64,000 bases of DNA from Marsupella aquatica (Eukaryota; Plantae; Marchantiophyta): NCBI GenBank assembly GCA_973895155.1, contig OZ316894.1:14275680-14339679 (forward strand). Reading direction: 5' to 3'. The translations under genes were made by a program, and so were the position numbers. Below the pieces are notes generated by a model, which had not been told where the DNA came from, did no database searches, and saw nothing but the letters and a program-made list of their open reading frames with translations. The number at the start of each line of letters is the position of its first letter. Positions within the stretch are counted from its first letter, which is position 1. Below, piece by piece: positions 26,001 to 40,202 of this stretch.

Positions 26001-26879
26001 AAATCCAGGCACACATTCGTGGACTCTACCTTGGCAGAGTTCTACGATAGCGTGTTTCAGAGGGAAGAGAAGCCATCTTGGGTTGGTCAGGTAGAGGCAT
26101 GGGGAAAGAATCTTGTGAAATTGGGTTCTCGGTCAAAGGGGGTTATCAGAGGCGGCAAAGTTAGGGCATTTGGTGTCAATGCAGGATTTCTATATTTGCC
26201 TACTGGATTGAGGCCATCACTTTTGGACAAAAAAGTGCCAAAATGGAATGTGCAAGACCACTCTCTTCCTGGGGCTTTCTTTAGCGCAATGGACCCTTTC
26301 CTTCGGACGACAGACTTCTGGCTATTCTTCACACTGAAGAGTATGACCAGATTTTGGAAGTGATATCTGCATGCCAGTAGTCGCAAAAGTTTGACTGTAT
26401 TGCATCATATACAGTTGTCATGGGCTTTCCTATGTACAAACCTAAGTCTAACATTCAGGTAATGAATGACGTCCATTTTGGCCAGCGCCAGGCGCTAATC
26501 TTGTATATCGATATGCATCTCCATATTTTTGTTGCACGACCTTACTATTCTATTGTTTTGTAGATCTTCACGCTGCGGTTGGATATATTCGGTCGGGTTT
26601 TGAGAAAATCAACAATACCGAAAGATCCCAAATTCTGTCCATTGTCACCTTCCGAAGATCCTTCAATTACAAATCTGATAGGACTTCCGTCTTTAAAGTT
26701 GGATCCAATGCTAGAACTTGTGGCTTGTGGAAACGGGCGGCTCACAATTGGTTTTATGCAGTCTGTTATAGAGATCATCTTCTGTCCAGGGGATATTGTG
26801 ATCGACTGGACCTGTTGCTCAGGAAGTTCATTTGTGGTGGGAGACTATTGTGGTAGATTTGTTGTTGGGATGGAAGGGC

Positions 26880-27222
26880 TGTTAGGTATTTACTCAAGGT
26901 CTAGGATTACGATATGTAACCATAGTTAGACTAACCGTAATCAAAGACGTGGTTAGGTTAACTAGAATGCACACTATATGCCAAACGGTGTTTGCTTGGA
27001 TAAGTGAAACTTAGGCTCATTGTTATGTAGCCACTTGAGAAATGAGGAGAGCTTATATTGTGGAGACTTGGTATGGCTGACGGGCTTAGAATTCAGTAAA
27101 GCTCTCTTGTATATTCCCGTGGACGTAGCCTCAAGGAGGTGAACCATGTATCTCTTGTGTCGACTACTTGCACGTTGGATGTGTCATGTGCTTACCGTTG
27201 TGATTGTCGTCTATGCTCTACA
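26880..27222 (+). repeat. Copia-1 5' LTR
   Basis: TGTTAGG…CTCTACA; about 21 differences from the 3' LTR by hand count. Confidence 0.97.
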
Positions 27223-28643
27223 ATTGGTATTAGAGCATGCCTGGGAGGTGACGTGTATTCGTGATGGGATTTCGTGATGGGATTTCGTGACGGGATTTCA
27301 TGATGGTTTTTCCAGCGTTGAGTGTCGGTGGATTTCCTGGAGTTCCATCGCATGGAACTTGGAGTTTATGGGCTCAACGGATAGATCGGGGCAAGGGCTT
27401 TCTAACGGTGTGAAGAAATCGTTGAACGGAGCTTGTGGTGCAGAGAGATCTAAGTTTTTGCCGTTCTGGATTTTGTGAAGAAAGTCGACAACATTCATGT
27501 TCGACGGTTTTTTTGAGGGACCAGAGTTTGTTTTCTCGATGGTGAAAGCTCTACGGCGAAGGAGGCATCGCATGTAGTAGCTCTACTTGTAGATCGGGAC
27601 GAGCTGTTTGTTTTGGTAACTGATTTGTTACCAAGTGAGTACCGTGTGCGACGGGACGAGCAAAAGAAGCATTCTGATTTTTTGACCAGCTATGGAGTCC
27701 TCTTTTGCCTGAGCGGGGTTTCTTGTCGTTGCAATCGACTCGGAGGGAGAAGCGTCAAGTGTTTTGACTCAACGGAGAGATTGAGGCAAGACGATTGTTT
27801 TGAGTCCGGGATTGGCTCTTTGATGCGAAGAGGAAGGCTAAGCAAAATCAATTACCTTGTTGGACTTGGTGACGGCACCAAGTGCAATTCATCAACATTC
27901 GTTGTTGACAAGGTACCATTTTTTTCTCTTTGAAAAACTGATTCGAAATTGGCTATGGCAATTGAGAGACATTTGTCATCTTTACCAATTTTTTTCTCCC
28001 TCGTTATTTCCTCGTTTTGGGTGCTTCTTATATCTATCTTCACCGCCTCGGAGTCTAGTTTCCAAATCTGAAATCAGATCTTGATTTCGTCAAAACCCAA
28101 GTGAGATATCTTGCGTTTGGTGTCGAGGGGTACATTCTGCCGTGTGTATTTTCTGCGCGCACGACTAGATTTCGACGACGAAGGGTGGTAGGGGGTTTTG
28201 GGGGTTCGAGGACACTTGTCAGCCCCTCAATTGCTCTTCCAAAATCCCCACAGGGCCTGTACAAGGGTCATAGAATATTCCAAAAAACCAGAGAGCTATT
28301 TTTTGTCCGTCCATCAAAGATTCCGTCCGCCGAAAGGTAACTTTTTTTGTTCGTCTACGGCAAGTTGCTAGCTATCAGAGTTGGCAACGCGGTGCATAAA
28401 TTGAATTGCATTTCCGACGTCGAGTACTAGTTCACATTTTGGTTATTCCCCGAGGTGGTCAAAATGGGGGAGAATTCCATGTTTTACCCACCCCGACCAA
28501 AAAGTGAATAACTTTTACGTCGAAGTTTGGTTTTGATTTTGGTTTTCAGCATTGGAAAGCTAGGCTCGTGGGCTACATGGCGGTGATAACTTTTGAGTTT
28601 TTTGAGAAGTTGAGAAAAACGTCATTTTTTCTTGATTTCTCAC

Positions 28644-31600
28644 ATGAGTGACTTGGAGGAGGGTTCTATTGAGTCACCGGAGAGAACAGAGAAGGAAGCA
28701 GAAGATCTAGCGGAATTGTGGTCACCGGTATTGCGGCGAGTGACAAGAAAAAGGATGGGAACAATCAAGCTTGGAGGTCCCAAGTTTGAGGTTACGAAAT
28801 ACGATGGCCGCATGGACTACTTGTTGTGGGAGCGACAAGTGAAGGGGGTACTCCGTGCAACCGGGCTTGGGAAATTGCTGAAGGACCAGCCAAATGATGT
28901 CGACAATGATGACTGGCATGACATGCAAGAGCAGGCTGTGAGCACCGTGATGCTCTATCTTCAGCCTAATGTCATCAAGCATGTGGCGGACCATGTCGAT
29001 TGTGCGTCATTGTTTGTCGCGTTGGAGCAAAAGTACCATCAGAAGGAGCTGTCGAATCGGCTCTACACATCTTTGAAGCTGATGAGCTTCAAGATGAAGG
29101 AGGGAAGTGCAAAGATTCAGGACCATATTGATGGTTTCAATGATCTGGTCGTTGATTTGAAAAATCTGGGGGAGGATTTGAGTGATGAGCGGCACGCTCT
29201 TCACTTGCTTAGCTCTTTACCCTCATCATATCAGTCATTGTCACGAGTGCTGCTTCATTGTGATAGGAAGACTATCACTTACAATAAAATTGTAAGTGCT
29301 CTGTTGACTGATGACTTGCAGCAGAAATTGACCATGCCCTCTCAGCCATCATTGTCGTCTGGTGCTGCCTTGAATGTGAATTGTGGGAGGTCATAGAAGC
29401 ATCCAGAGCAGCGCACGAATGGCAGGGGAAGAAGTAAATCTAGGACAACATTTGCTTCAAGGGGGAAGTCCCAGGAGAGAAAGCCAGTATAGTAGTTTGC
29501 TGGAAGTGTCACAAGGTTGGTCACGTTAAGAGGGATTGTAAGGGTACGGCAGCTGAATCTTCATCAGCCAATGTGGCTAGTGCTGATGGAGAAGTTGATT
29601 TACTCAATGATGAGTATGTTTTATGAAGCCAAGAGTATGCCCTGTGCACATCATCTAGGAGAGCGAACGATGTCTGGATTCTTGATTGTGCTTGCTCCTT
29701 TCACATTTGTTACATTTGTGAGTATTTCAGTTCTTACTCTATTTCAAACGGTTCAGTTCTGATGGGAAATTATCACTCCTATCGAGTAGAGGGTATTGGG
29801 TCTGTAAAGATTCAAATGTTTGATGGCATTGTGCGCACAGTGTCCGGAGTCAGGTTTGTACCTAGCATGCGTAAAAATTTGATTTCACTCGGTGTGTTGG
29901 ATTCAAATGGTCATCAATGGAGCGTTATTGATGGTGAACTTCAAGTCAGGTCAAGAGAGACAGTGGTTTTGAAGGGGAGCAGACAGAAGAATTTGTATGT
30001 GTGGCAGGGCAATACTATATGTGGAGAGGCCAATGTAACCAAGTCTCACGAGGAGATGACTCAACTATGGCATTCACGGCTAGGCCACATGAGTGAGAAG
30101 GGTTTGGCTATCTTACGGAAGAATGAACTCATTTTTTATTTGCAATCTTGTAAATTAGAGTTTTGTGAGCACTGCATTCTTGGAAAGCAGCATCATCGTG
30201 CTTTTGGTGTTGGAACTCATCGTTCCAAAACGGTTCTTGAGTACATGCATAGTGACATGTGGGGTCCATCCCCAACTTCCTCACACTCTGGAAAGTTGTA
30301 TTATGTATCATTTATTGACGATTACTCAAGATTTGTGTGGATTTATTTCATGACGCATAAGTCTGATGTCTTGTCCATTTTTAAGAAGTGGAAGGCCAAG
30401 GTGGAGAATCAGACTGGAAACACGGTCAAGTGTTTGGATACAAGGGTGAAGAGTTTGAGGTCAGACAATGGCGGGGAGTACACTTTAGTGGAATTTGAAG
30501 AGTATTGTTCAGAATAGGGGATAACTCGCCATCTCACCACAATTTATACTCCGCAGCAGAATGGTGTCATTGAGAGGCTCAATCAGACACTATTGGAGCG
30601 GTCACGGAGTATGTTGAGCCAATCAGGTTTACCACAGGAATTTTGGGCAAAAGCTGTCAATACCGTAGCTTATTTGGTAAATCTTTCTCCTTCTAGTGCT
30701 ATCAATTTCAAAACGCCATTTGAGATGCGCTATAAGCGGCAAGCAGACTATCATGGCTTGTTAGTTTTTGGAAGTGATGCATATGCTCTCACACCAAAGC
30801 AAAATAGGACCAAGTTGGATCCTACCTCCAAGAAATGTGTTTTTCTTGGGTACCAAAGTGGTGTGAAAGCCTATAGGCTATGGGATCCTATCGCCTGTAA
30901 GCTCGTTGTCAGTAGGGATGTTTTCTTCAATGAATCCAGATTATTGAAGGAGATGGAGAATACTCAGGTCTCCCGTACAGACAAAGGAAAATCTCCTATC
31001 CCGGACTCATTGAGGAAGAGATTGATCATGAAGTGCATGATCGGAGAGAAGGAGGTGCTCCAAGTATGGAGCTGGTTCCTGTGCCAGAGGAACAAGAGGA
31101 GTTTGTTGATGCTGGTGAGCAGCAAGTGGATGTTGTTGAGCTTCAAATTATATCAGTAGACGCAATTCAACCGGAATCATTGGCTAGAAGAACATCTGGT
31201 CGCACTGTACGCGCTCCTCCTAGGTATGGACAGTGGGTTGATTCATCTCAACTGCAAGAGGATGATTTTGTAGCTGATGATGAGCGTGATGCATTAATTT
31301 TGGAAGAAGGGGAACCTTCTTCATTTGATGAGGTAAGTGCTTCAAAGGAGAAGCAAAAGTGGGCTGTAGCAATGCAAACGGAGATGCAGTCACTGAAGGA
31401 CAACAAAACTTGGGAGCTTGTTAAGCTGCCTAAGGGTCAACAAGTGGTGGACAGCAAGTGGATATACAAGTTGAAGGATCAATCTACGGGAGGTGGATCA
31501 AAGGTCTACAAGGCTAGGTTGGTAGCCAAGGGATTCACATGGGAAAAAGGTGTGGATTACAATGAGGTCTTCTCATCAGTTGTTAAGTACTCAACAATGT

Positions 31601-32860
31601 GGCTATTGTGTGTACTTGTTGTAATGTTTGGTCTGTTGCTAGATCAGATGGATGTTGTCACAGCTTTCCTCTATGGCACCTTGGAGGAGGTGATCTTCAT
31701 GAGACAGCCGCTAGGTTTTGTGAAGAGAGGACAAGAGGAACTGGTTTGCAAATTGCTAAAATCCTTGTATGGGTTGAAGCAGTCACCAAGACAGTGGAAC
31801 AAGCGGTTTGACGATTGGATTCGATCACAAGGTTTTCACAAGAGTGTGTTTGACCCTTGTGTATATTTGAAACTGGTGAAAAATGTTGTCTTTGGGTTCA
31901 TTGTTTTAGTACTTTATGTGGATGACATGCTTATTGCGGTCAAGGATAAATCTGAGATTGTTAAGCTCAAGGCACTGCTAAGTGTAGAGTTTAAGATGAA
32001 GGACTTAGGCCAGCTAAGAGGATTTTGGGTATGAAGATCACTAGGGACTTGGAGGCTGGTAAGCTATGGTTGACACAAAGCAGTTATGCAAGGAAGGTAA
32101 TTATCAGGTTCAACATGGGGGATAGTAAGCCAGTAAGTACCCCTTTGGCTGCACACTTCAAATTGTCATCAACTTTTTGTCCCACAGATGCGATAGAGAA
32201 GGGGCTGATGTCAAAGGTTCCTTATGATAAGGCAATGGGAAGTCTCATGTATTTGATGACTTGCACTAGACCTGATCTTGCCATGGCTATGGGCAAGGTG
32301 AGCAGGTACATGTCCAATCCAGGGAAGGTACACTGGGAAGCAGTGAAGTGGATTATCAGGTACTTGAAGGGTACCATGGATCATGGTCTTTTATTTGATG
32401 CAAATGCAAATAATGCAAGATCATTGATTGGCTATGTAGATTCTGACTATGGACAAGATCTGGACCGAAGGAGATCAACAACAGGGTACGTGTTCACACT
32501 TGGCGGTGGATGCATAAGTTGGAGGTCTATTTTACAGAAGTGTATTGCTCAGTCTACTACAGAAGTAGAGTATGTTGCAGTAGCGGAAGCAACGAAGGAA
32601 GAAATTTGGTTGGATAGACTTATCACTGAAATGGGATTGCCACAGGGGAATGTGAAGCTCCATTGTGATAGTCAGAGTGCGCTCCACCTTGTTGTGAACG
32701 AGGTGATGGACAGTAGAGTGAAGCACATAGACGTCAGGTACCATTTTATCTGATAATTTGTTTGAGCTAGTCAAGATAGATGGTAAACTCAACCCAGCTG
32801 ACGCATTTACCAAAGTGATTCCTTTGGAAAGTTTCTCTAGACATCGTGATGTGCTGTAGG
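28644..32860 (+). pseudogene. Copia-1 gag-pol remnant
   Basis: Gag (KYDGRMDYLLWERQVK), integrase (LWHSRLGH, HSDMWGP, LRSDNGGEY), RT ([27 protein letters not shown]), RNase H (GYVDSDY, KHIDVRYHF). Stops and frameshifts present. Confidence 0.95.
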
Positions 32861-33077
32861 TTTTGTAATTGCGTCACAAGTAAGGGTTTTTTCTTAACAT
32901 TCGCTATAAATTACTAATATATGCTCTTCTTCACTCCTAGTAGTAGGCTATGGCTTAGTTCTGGTTTGCTCTAGTTAGAGAGGGGAAACCATGTTGGTTT
33001 TTGTCCAGAACTTCCCGTTGAGGAATCATATAGGTTAGCAGTATTACCCTCCCCTAGACTAGAGTCAAGGGGGAGAT

Positions 33078-33420
33078 TGTTAGGTATTTACTCAAGGTCT
33101 AGGGTTACGACATATAACCATAGTTAGACTAACCGTAGTTGGAGACGTGGTTAGGTTAACTAGGATGCACACTATATGCCAAGCGGTGTTTGCTTGGATA
33201 AGTGGAACTTAGGCTCTTTGTTATGCAGCCACTTGAGAGATGAGGAGAGCTTACATTGTGGAGACTTGGTATGGCCGACGGGCTTAGAATTCAATAAAGC
33301 TCTCTTGTGTGTTCCCGTGGATGTAGCCTCAAGGAGGTGAACCACGTATCTCTTGTGTCGACTACTTGCACGTTGGATGTGTCATGTGCTTACCGTTGCG
33401 ATTGTCGTCTATGCTCTACA
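33078..33420 (+). repeat. Copia-1 3' LTR
   Basis: Direct repeat of 26880-27222, preceded by the PPT and followed by TSD AGGGC. Confidence 0.97.
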
Positions 33421-34400
33421 AGGGCGAACAGAGTTTGTCACGGCTTCAAAGTGTACCTTAGCTGACCTTTTGGAGCCAAAGTCAACTTTGACTCCAGAGA
33501 AGAGATTGTCAAGGAAAGGGAAAGAGAAGTTGGACAGAGTTAGATCAATTTTGAACTTTGATTCCGAAGAGAGCGAGTCGGATGTTGCTGGGGAATCTGA
33601 TGAGGAAGAGGTTCCAGTTGTCAATTTAGGAGACGACGAGGCAGAGAAAACAAATCCCCCGGGATCAAAATATGATTTCGAGGATGAGGAGTCTTCTGAG
33701 TAATGCTCGTAAGCTCACTCCAAATGTACGACTATTTTCAACAACATTGTGGTTAGCGTTTTAGATGAAACTTGTATAAAACCTATCTTAGAAACTCAAA
33801 TTCGTTCTCGTAGGGAATAAAGGAAATCAACTTATTATAGTATTAAGGTCTTTGAGATGTTTAGAAGTCTCTTTCCTTACACAACTACTATATATCACTC
33901 AAAATATTTATGATCAATCGTTTTAATATGAAAACTCTCAGATTATCGCTCCTTCTCAATAGAAGTTTGCTTTTTGTTCTATTCCTAAATTCCTTATACT
34001 CAACAGAGATTGGCTTTACATTAGGGATTTCACTACAATTCTCTAAACTCTAGATTTCAGAACTTTATTCATATTTTTTCATACAAAACCAAAGAAACAT
34101 TTTCTTAAAATGTATTCATTCATTCCAAAGTTTGCAAGAAAGGCACGAGGAAATCATGAATAACAGTGGAATTTGGGTGGTGCATTTTCTCATTTCTGCA
34201 ATTCTTCCTCCTAAGCCCAACCTGACATGAGGAAAAGACTCAAACTAGTCACAAATCGTTTCCAGAGAAAATGACAAGACAATTTTGCCTGGGAGTTCAA
34301 TTATAATACTCCCTCACAAATCAAAAAGATTTGAAAAGGTTGCTAAACTACCTCCAAACTAACTATTAATTGAAGATCTGAAGAGGTGAGTAGTCCCAAC

Positions 34401-37400
34401 TGTCATAAACCATAGTTTACTTTAACCCTAGACTAGAGTAGGTTAACCTTAACCCAATATGTTAACCTCTTAGGACAATATAAGTCCTTGATATAATGGA
34501 AGTGTGTGGAAGATTACAATCATCTACTTTGTTTACAACACGTTATTAGCACGACCGGCTCAATGATTTTTTTTTGCCTAGGCTGCCCCAACAGACATAT
34601 TGGGAGATCATAGTTTTTACATAGAAAATTACCAAGAATGTTACATTTTTGGCACCGGAATCCTATGTAACCGCCTAACTACCCCAAAATTGAGTACAAT
34701 CCCACCTAAAAAGTGATGCTAGTTTACGCAAAAATTGAGCCCGGACATCAGATTGCTATGAGGAAGGCATCCATTAGCAATCTCAATCTTCATTGCCATA
34801 AGGACGGATTTGTCTAATTTTTTTTGTTCCATCCAACTTATTTCATGAAGGAATCCAATGCAGGATTTGGGAATGGCCATTATGCCAAATTAGAAACAAC
34901 AATGCTACGGTGAAATCCCAAAATTGGACTTATAGGTGCTTCGAACCAGCACCTATAACTCCCCGAAGCATATATTTACCAATTGGATAGACCCAAGTAT
35001 TATATATATACACCACCACACCGAGCATTACAATCCCGAGTACAAGCGCAAGAAATATGGCAACATTGGAGAAATTGCATTTTCAGGCCCTTTCAGTAGA
35101 CGGCAGCAACTACCTAACGTGGTCAGTAGATGCAGAAACATATTTTGCATCACTGGAACTCGAAGATACTTTGATAACTGATAATAATCTGACACTACAA
35201 TAGAAGGCTAAGGCCATTTTCTTATTACGCCAACATTTGGCTCCTCCACTCAAAACCCAATATATGAACGAGGTCAACCCACGCCTACTATGGGATAAAT
35301 TAAAATCAAGATTCGACCATATGCGCAAAGTCTGGCTCCCAGAAGCCCGCCGTGATTGGTATAACCTGCGAGTGATGGACTACACATCAATAGCCAGCTA
35401 CAACAGCGCATTATTTAGAATCACATCCCAATTGGAGTTGTGTGGCCATCCGGTCCTTGATGCAGATATGATCGACAAAACACTAAGCACATTCCCAGAA
35501 GCAAATATAGCCCTCAGTACACAGTACAGAAATATGAGATTTACAATCTACTCAGACCTCATTGCACATTTACTGGTAGAAGAGAAGCAGCAGACCGTTG
35601 CCCTGTAGAACGCTAGAAAACAACCTGCAGGATCAGCCCCACCACCACAAAAACTAGAAACAAATTATAATATGAGAAACCAAAGGGGACGAGGCAAATC
35701 AAGAGGCAGAGGCGGATATCAAGACAGAAGCAGGAATCAAAATCCCAGAGGCCGAGGAAACCGTTCTTCATACAACTCACGGGGTCGAGGAGCAAGCGGC
35801 CGAGACAGCAGACGAAACACCCCACCTGATAACATCAGAGAAGATAGGCTGTGTTACCGGTGTGGTAAAATAGGACACATAAAGAAGAACTGCTGGGCAT
35901 CAGACCAAGCAGCTAAACGACATACAGAAGCAAGGGCCCAATTAAAGCAAAATCCAGAAGGCAACTATATGGAGATGGAGGAAGACTTAGCTAACTATCA
36001 GGACCCGGAAGAAACACCTACACAACAACTTGAAGAACAGGAGACCCATATGGTAACACCAGCATCAATACACACCTCATTAGATGACCCCAACCTTGGG
36101 ATAATTGACAGCGGAACATCACATACAATTCTTAAAGACAAGAAGTACTTCCACAGTATCACCCCATCTACACGATCAATGACCACAATTTCGGGTATAA
36201 ACCAGATAGAAGAAGGTAAGGGAGCCGCAACAGTGACATTCCCACAAGGAACAGTTATTGATATTGATGCAGCAATCTTTGCCCCACGAGCTACTCGAAA
36301 TTTGATAAGCTTTCGGGACGTAGTCGCTAATAAATACCAACTGCGAACGGCAAAGACAGATGAAGAGGACACACTACAAATTTTGGAGATTACCAATGAT
36401 GGAACCAATATTAAAGAGACATTACCACTCATACCCCCCGGTCTCTATGCGACTCAAATTACTGTAAATTATTCTACAACTGAATCATTAGAAATAACAC
36501 ACCTATGGCACTACCGACTGGGACACCTAGGAGTAAATATGTACCGGAGAATTATCAAGGACTCCAGAGGAATCCCACAAGGAGTCAACCCATCCACAAT
36601 GAAACAACAATGCTTAGCCTGTTCTCAGGGGAAGCTGATTACAAGACCACCAATACCGAAGACGATCTATGCTATCCCGAATTTTTTGGAACACCTGAAC
36701 GCAGATGTATGTGGGCCAATACACCCACCCAGTGGACCATTTAAGTACTTCTTGGCCATAATTGACTCATCGACTAAATGGTTACAAGTATCCCTCCTTT
36801 CTAGTCGAAACTTAGTCTTTGCACGAATCTTAGCCAATATATTAAAACTTAAAGCACAGTTCCCAGAAAATCCAATCCGGAAACTGAGAGTGGATGGAGC
36901 AGGGGAATTTACCTCCAAAGCATTCGATGATTTCTGCTGGACGGCGGGAATTGACACAGAATACTCAGTTCCCTACGTCCATTTTCAAAACAGAATTGCC
37001 GAATCCGTTATAAAGCGTATCCAAATGATTACTCGACCACTCCTACTGAACTCCAAGTTACCCCTCTTCGCATGGGGACATGTAGTCCTCCACGCCACCA
37101 CATTGTTGAAGTACAGGCCCTCAGCGTTTAATACCAAAACTCCACACCACTTAGCGTTCGGATTACCCCCTGACCTGTCACATCTGCGCGTCTTTGGATG
37201 CAAAGTGATGGTCCCCATCCTTGGGCCAAAGCGCACTAAAATAGGACCTCAAAGACAGGAAGGCATCTACGTTGGCTACGACTCCTCATCCATAATCCGT
37301 TACCTGGAACCGACCACTGCAGACCTATTTAAAGCCAGATACGCAGACTGTCACTTCTATGAAGATTCATTCCCCCAGTTACTTACAGAAAAACCATTGA

Positions 37401-40202
37401 CGAGGGATACACCTCCACAAAGCATAAATTGGAACAGTCGAAACTTACTCAACCAGGACCCGCGAACGAAGCGAGCGGATGAAGAAGTCCGTAGACTACT
37501 ACACCTCCAAGAAATGTTGGACAAGATCCCCGACGCCTTTAATGATGCAGCCAACGTTACAAGATCCCATGTAGAGGCAGCAAACCTACCAGCTCGAGTA
37601 CAACCTGCCACAAAATCAGCAATGGAGACCACGGCAAAGAAAAAAAGAGGTAGGCCACCAGAATCTAGAGACTCCCGACCACGCCAGAGACTCCCTCATC
37701 AGGTACTACCTGAAACCACGATGCATGCTATTACTAATGAACCAGATAGATCTAACGTACCAGATAATGAAGAAATGGCCATTCCATACCAATACACCGG
37801 ACAAATCTATAAAAGACCCAACACTGTCGTTGATGCACAATTTGCCTATCACATAGCTCAGCAAATATCAACTGACACTCCGGACCCCCTAACCATTAAA
37901 GAAGCACAAGCGAGGTCGGATTGGCCACAGTGGCAAGAGGCCATTAACACTGAAATGGATGCATTGATCCGTAGGCATGTCTTTGGCCCATTAAAACAAG
38001 TCCAACCTAACAATGATTACACAGACAGCAAATTCACATTTGTCAGAAAGAGAAATGCCAAAGGAGATGTCATTAGATACCGCGCACGCTTAGTAGCGAA
38101 AGGCTACAGTCAAATCCCGGGAAGGGATTATGATTTGACCTATTCACCTGTTATGGATGTGACTACATTCAGGTATCTTATAGCTTTCTCTCGAAAACAC
38201 CAACTCTGTAATATACTAATGGACGTTGTAACAGCGTACCTATATGGAGTACTAGACTCCGAAATTTTCATGAAAGCCCCAAAAGAACTACTCGCAAGAG
38301 TGACAGAACATGTCCAAGGGAAACATTTCCAGAACTTGAGTAAGGACATGAAGTCGGGAATACGACAGATTACCAGATGAGAAGCTCAAAGGCCTAGTGT
38401 TGAGCAGTGGCAACACAAATAAAGATCCACTCCAACACCCCAGAAAAAGTGGGACTTGACAGCAGGCGTTTGCTGTGCAAGTCCTGAAATCCATCAACGA
38501 GTTAAAACAAAGTGGACGCATCTGGTACCAGAAGTTTAAAACTGAGATGCAAACCCTTGGATTTATCAACAACGATATTGCACCGTGCATATTCATCAAA
38601 CACATCGATACAGAATTTGTCATCCTCGCCCTATACGTCGATGATGTCAACTTATTTGGTACTCCACAACTCTTACGCAAAACTATTAATACAATGAAGA
38701 GTATTTTCGAGATGAAAGAAATTGGAGAGCCGACATACTGCTTAGGACTACAATTTGAATACCTGCAAACTGGCACATTAATTAGTCAATCAACCTATAC
38801 CAAGAAGATCATTCGACAATTTCATATGCACAATGCATATCCTGTGTCCACACCCATGGAGATGCGGTCATTGGACACAGCTAAGGACATGTTCAGGCGA
38901 CGACAGGAGAATGAACCAGCCCTTGACTCGGATAAGCCATACCTATCAGCCATTGGTGCCCTTCTCTACCTGGCAAACAATACAAGACCGGATATCTCCT
39001 TCGCAGTAAGCTTACTGGCACGACACAGTGCACATCCAACTATTCGGCATTGGAACGGCGTGAAAAGGGTATTCAGCTACCTTCAAGGCTCAATAGATAT
39101 GGGCCTTTTCTTCCCAAACGACAACCCAGATGAACTCATCGGTTATGCAGATGCGGGGTACCTCTCTGACCCACAGGACTCGAAGTCACAGACTGGCTAC
39201 GTTTTCCTGCAAGGGAGAACTGCCATATCCTGGAGGAGTACGAAATAGAGCATGACCACAACCTCCTCGAATCACGCAGAAGTCATCTCTCTCTATGAAG
39301 CATGTCGTGAGGCAATATGGCTCCGCAGTATTATCAACTATATCCTGAAACAAACAGGCAAAATGATATTGACCAAACCAACAATTATTTATGAAGACAA
39401 TAAAGCATGCGTCGACCAAATTGTTGCAGGCTACATGAAGACAGATCGGACCAAACATATTGATCCAAAATTCTTTTTTACGCACGAACAGAGTGGAAAC
39501 CAGATCCAGGTGAAGTGGATCCGTTCACAAGACAATTGCGCCGATCTTTTTACGAAGCCCTTACCTGCGGGACCCCATCAACAGCATGTTACCGCCATCG
39601 GAATGTGTCGACTCTCTACCCTGCTTTCCCCCACTGCCGACGCACCCCACCAAGCAGATACTTGAAAAACGAAACGAGGACTTTGGAATTTGGGTTTCGA
39701 CCTTTCCCCCCAACACCTCCCTGTTTACCAAATACCCGACCTAAGCTATACACATATACCTCCGACTTTACACCATTACTTCGATTCAATTAACCGTTCG
39801 GGCATAAGACATTATACTTTTAGACATAGTGAACTACTCTTACTCTAAAGTTACCCTAAATTTTAACATACCTTAGAATTTAACAGGATAATTCATCATA
39901 TAGAACATACATTTTATGGACCACAAATTCTAATGATGGTAGTACTCTTCCTTGAGAAGAAAGCAGCAAGTTTTAATGAGGCTACATCAAAAGTGGATTC
40001 CATTTTACACTAGGGTTAAAAGTGTGGTTACTTGACACCCCGTCCAATTAACCAAGGGGAAGTGTCATAAACCATAGTTTACTTTAACCCTAGACTAGAG
40101 TAGGTTAACCTTAACCCAATATGTTAACCTCTTAGGACTATATAAGTCCTTGATATAATGGAAGTGTGTGGAAGATTACAATCATCTACTTTGTTTACAA
40201 CA
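34401..40202 (+). mobile_element. Copia-2: full-length Bianca-type Ty1/Copia element
   Basis: 140-bp LTRs (34401-34540, 40063-40202) differing at one base, TSD CCAAC, PBS CGTTATTAGCACG (Bianca-type), PPT AAGGGGAAG. Confidence 0.95.
35057..39665 (+). pseudogene. Copia-2 gag-pol polyprotein, with several stops
   Basis: [87 protein letters not shown]. Confidence 0.95.

Larger units (their letters stand above)
26880..33420 (+). mobile_element. Copia-1: full-length Ty1/Copia LTR retrotransposon
   Basis: 343-bp TG…CA LTRs (26880-27222, 33078-33420), TSD AGGGC on both sides, PBS TGGTATTAGAGC (tRNA-iMet type), PPT AAGGGGGAGA. Confidence 0.97.
23440..33703 (+). pseudogene. Gene A (M2) ParB-MTase-like, split by Copia-1 in the MTase-like exon (5' start approximate)
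   Basis: IPLCCLVHMEV, VFDGNHW (24023-24037), GFLYLPTGL, IDWTCCSGSSF…GRFVVGMEG | RTEFVTASK after removing 26880-33425. Confidence 0.8.
18234..33747 (-). mobile_element. M2: second, diverged copy of the Mutator-like family in opposite orientation; interrupted by Copia-1 and cut off by Gypsy-2
   Basis: Degenerate terminus AGGCTTTACATCGTGCCAGGAAACAGG at 18234 aligns with the M1 gene-B-side end. Contains homologues of genes B (-) and A (+) and at least 13 palindromes. The other terminus is not in the window. Confidence 0.85.

Noticed and set aside
27258-27306. 13-bp tandem (TTCGTGATGGGAT) after the Copia-1 PBS, plus similar micro-duplications at 1621-1666, 6240-6300 and 49083-49137
   Set aside because: Ordinary slippage repeats with no sign of function.
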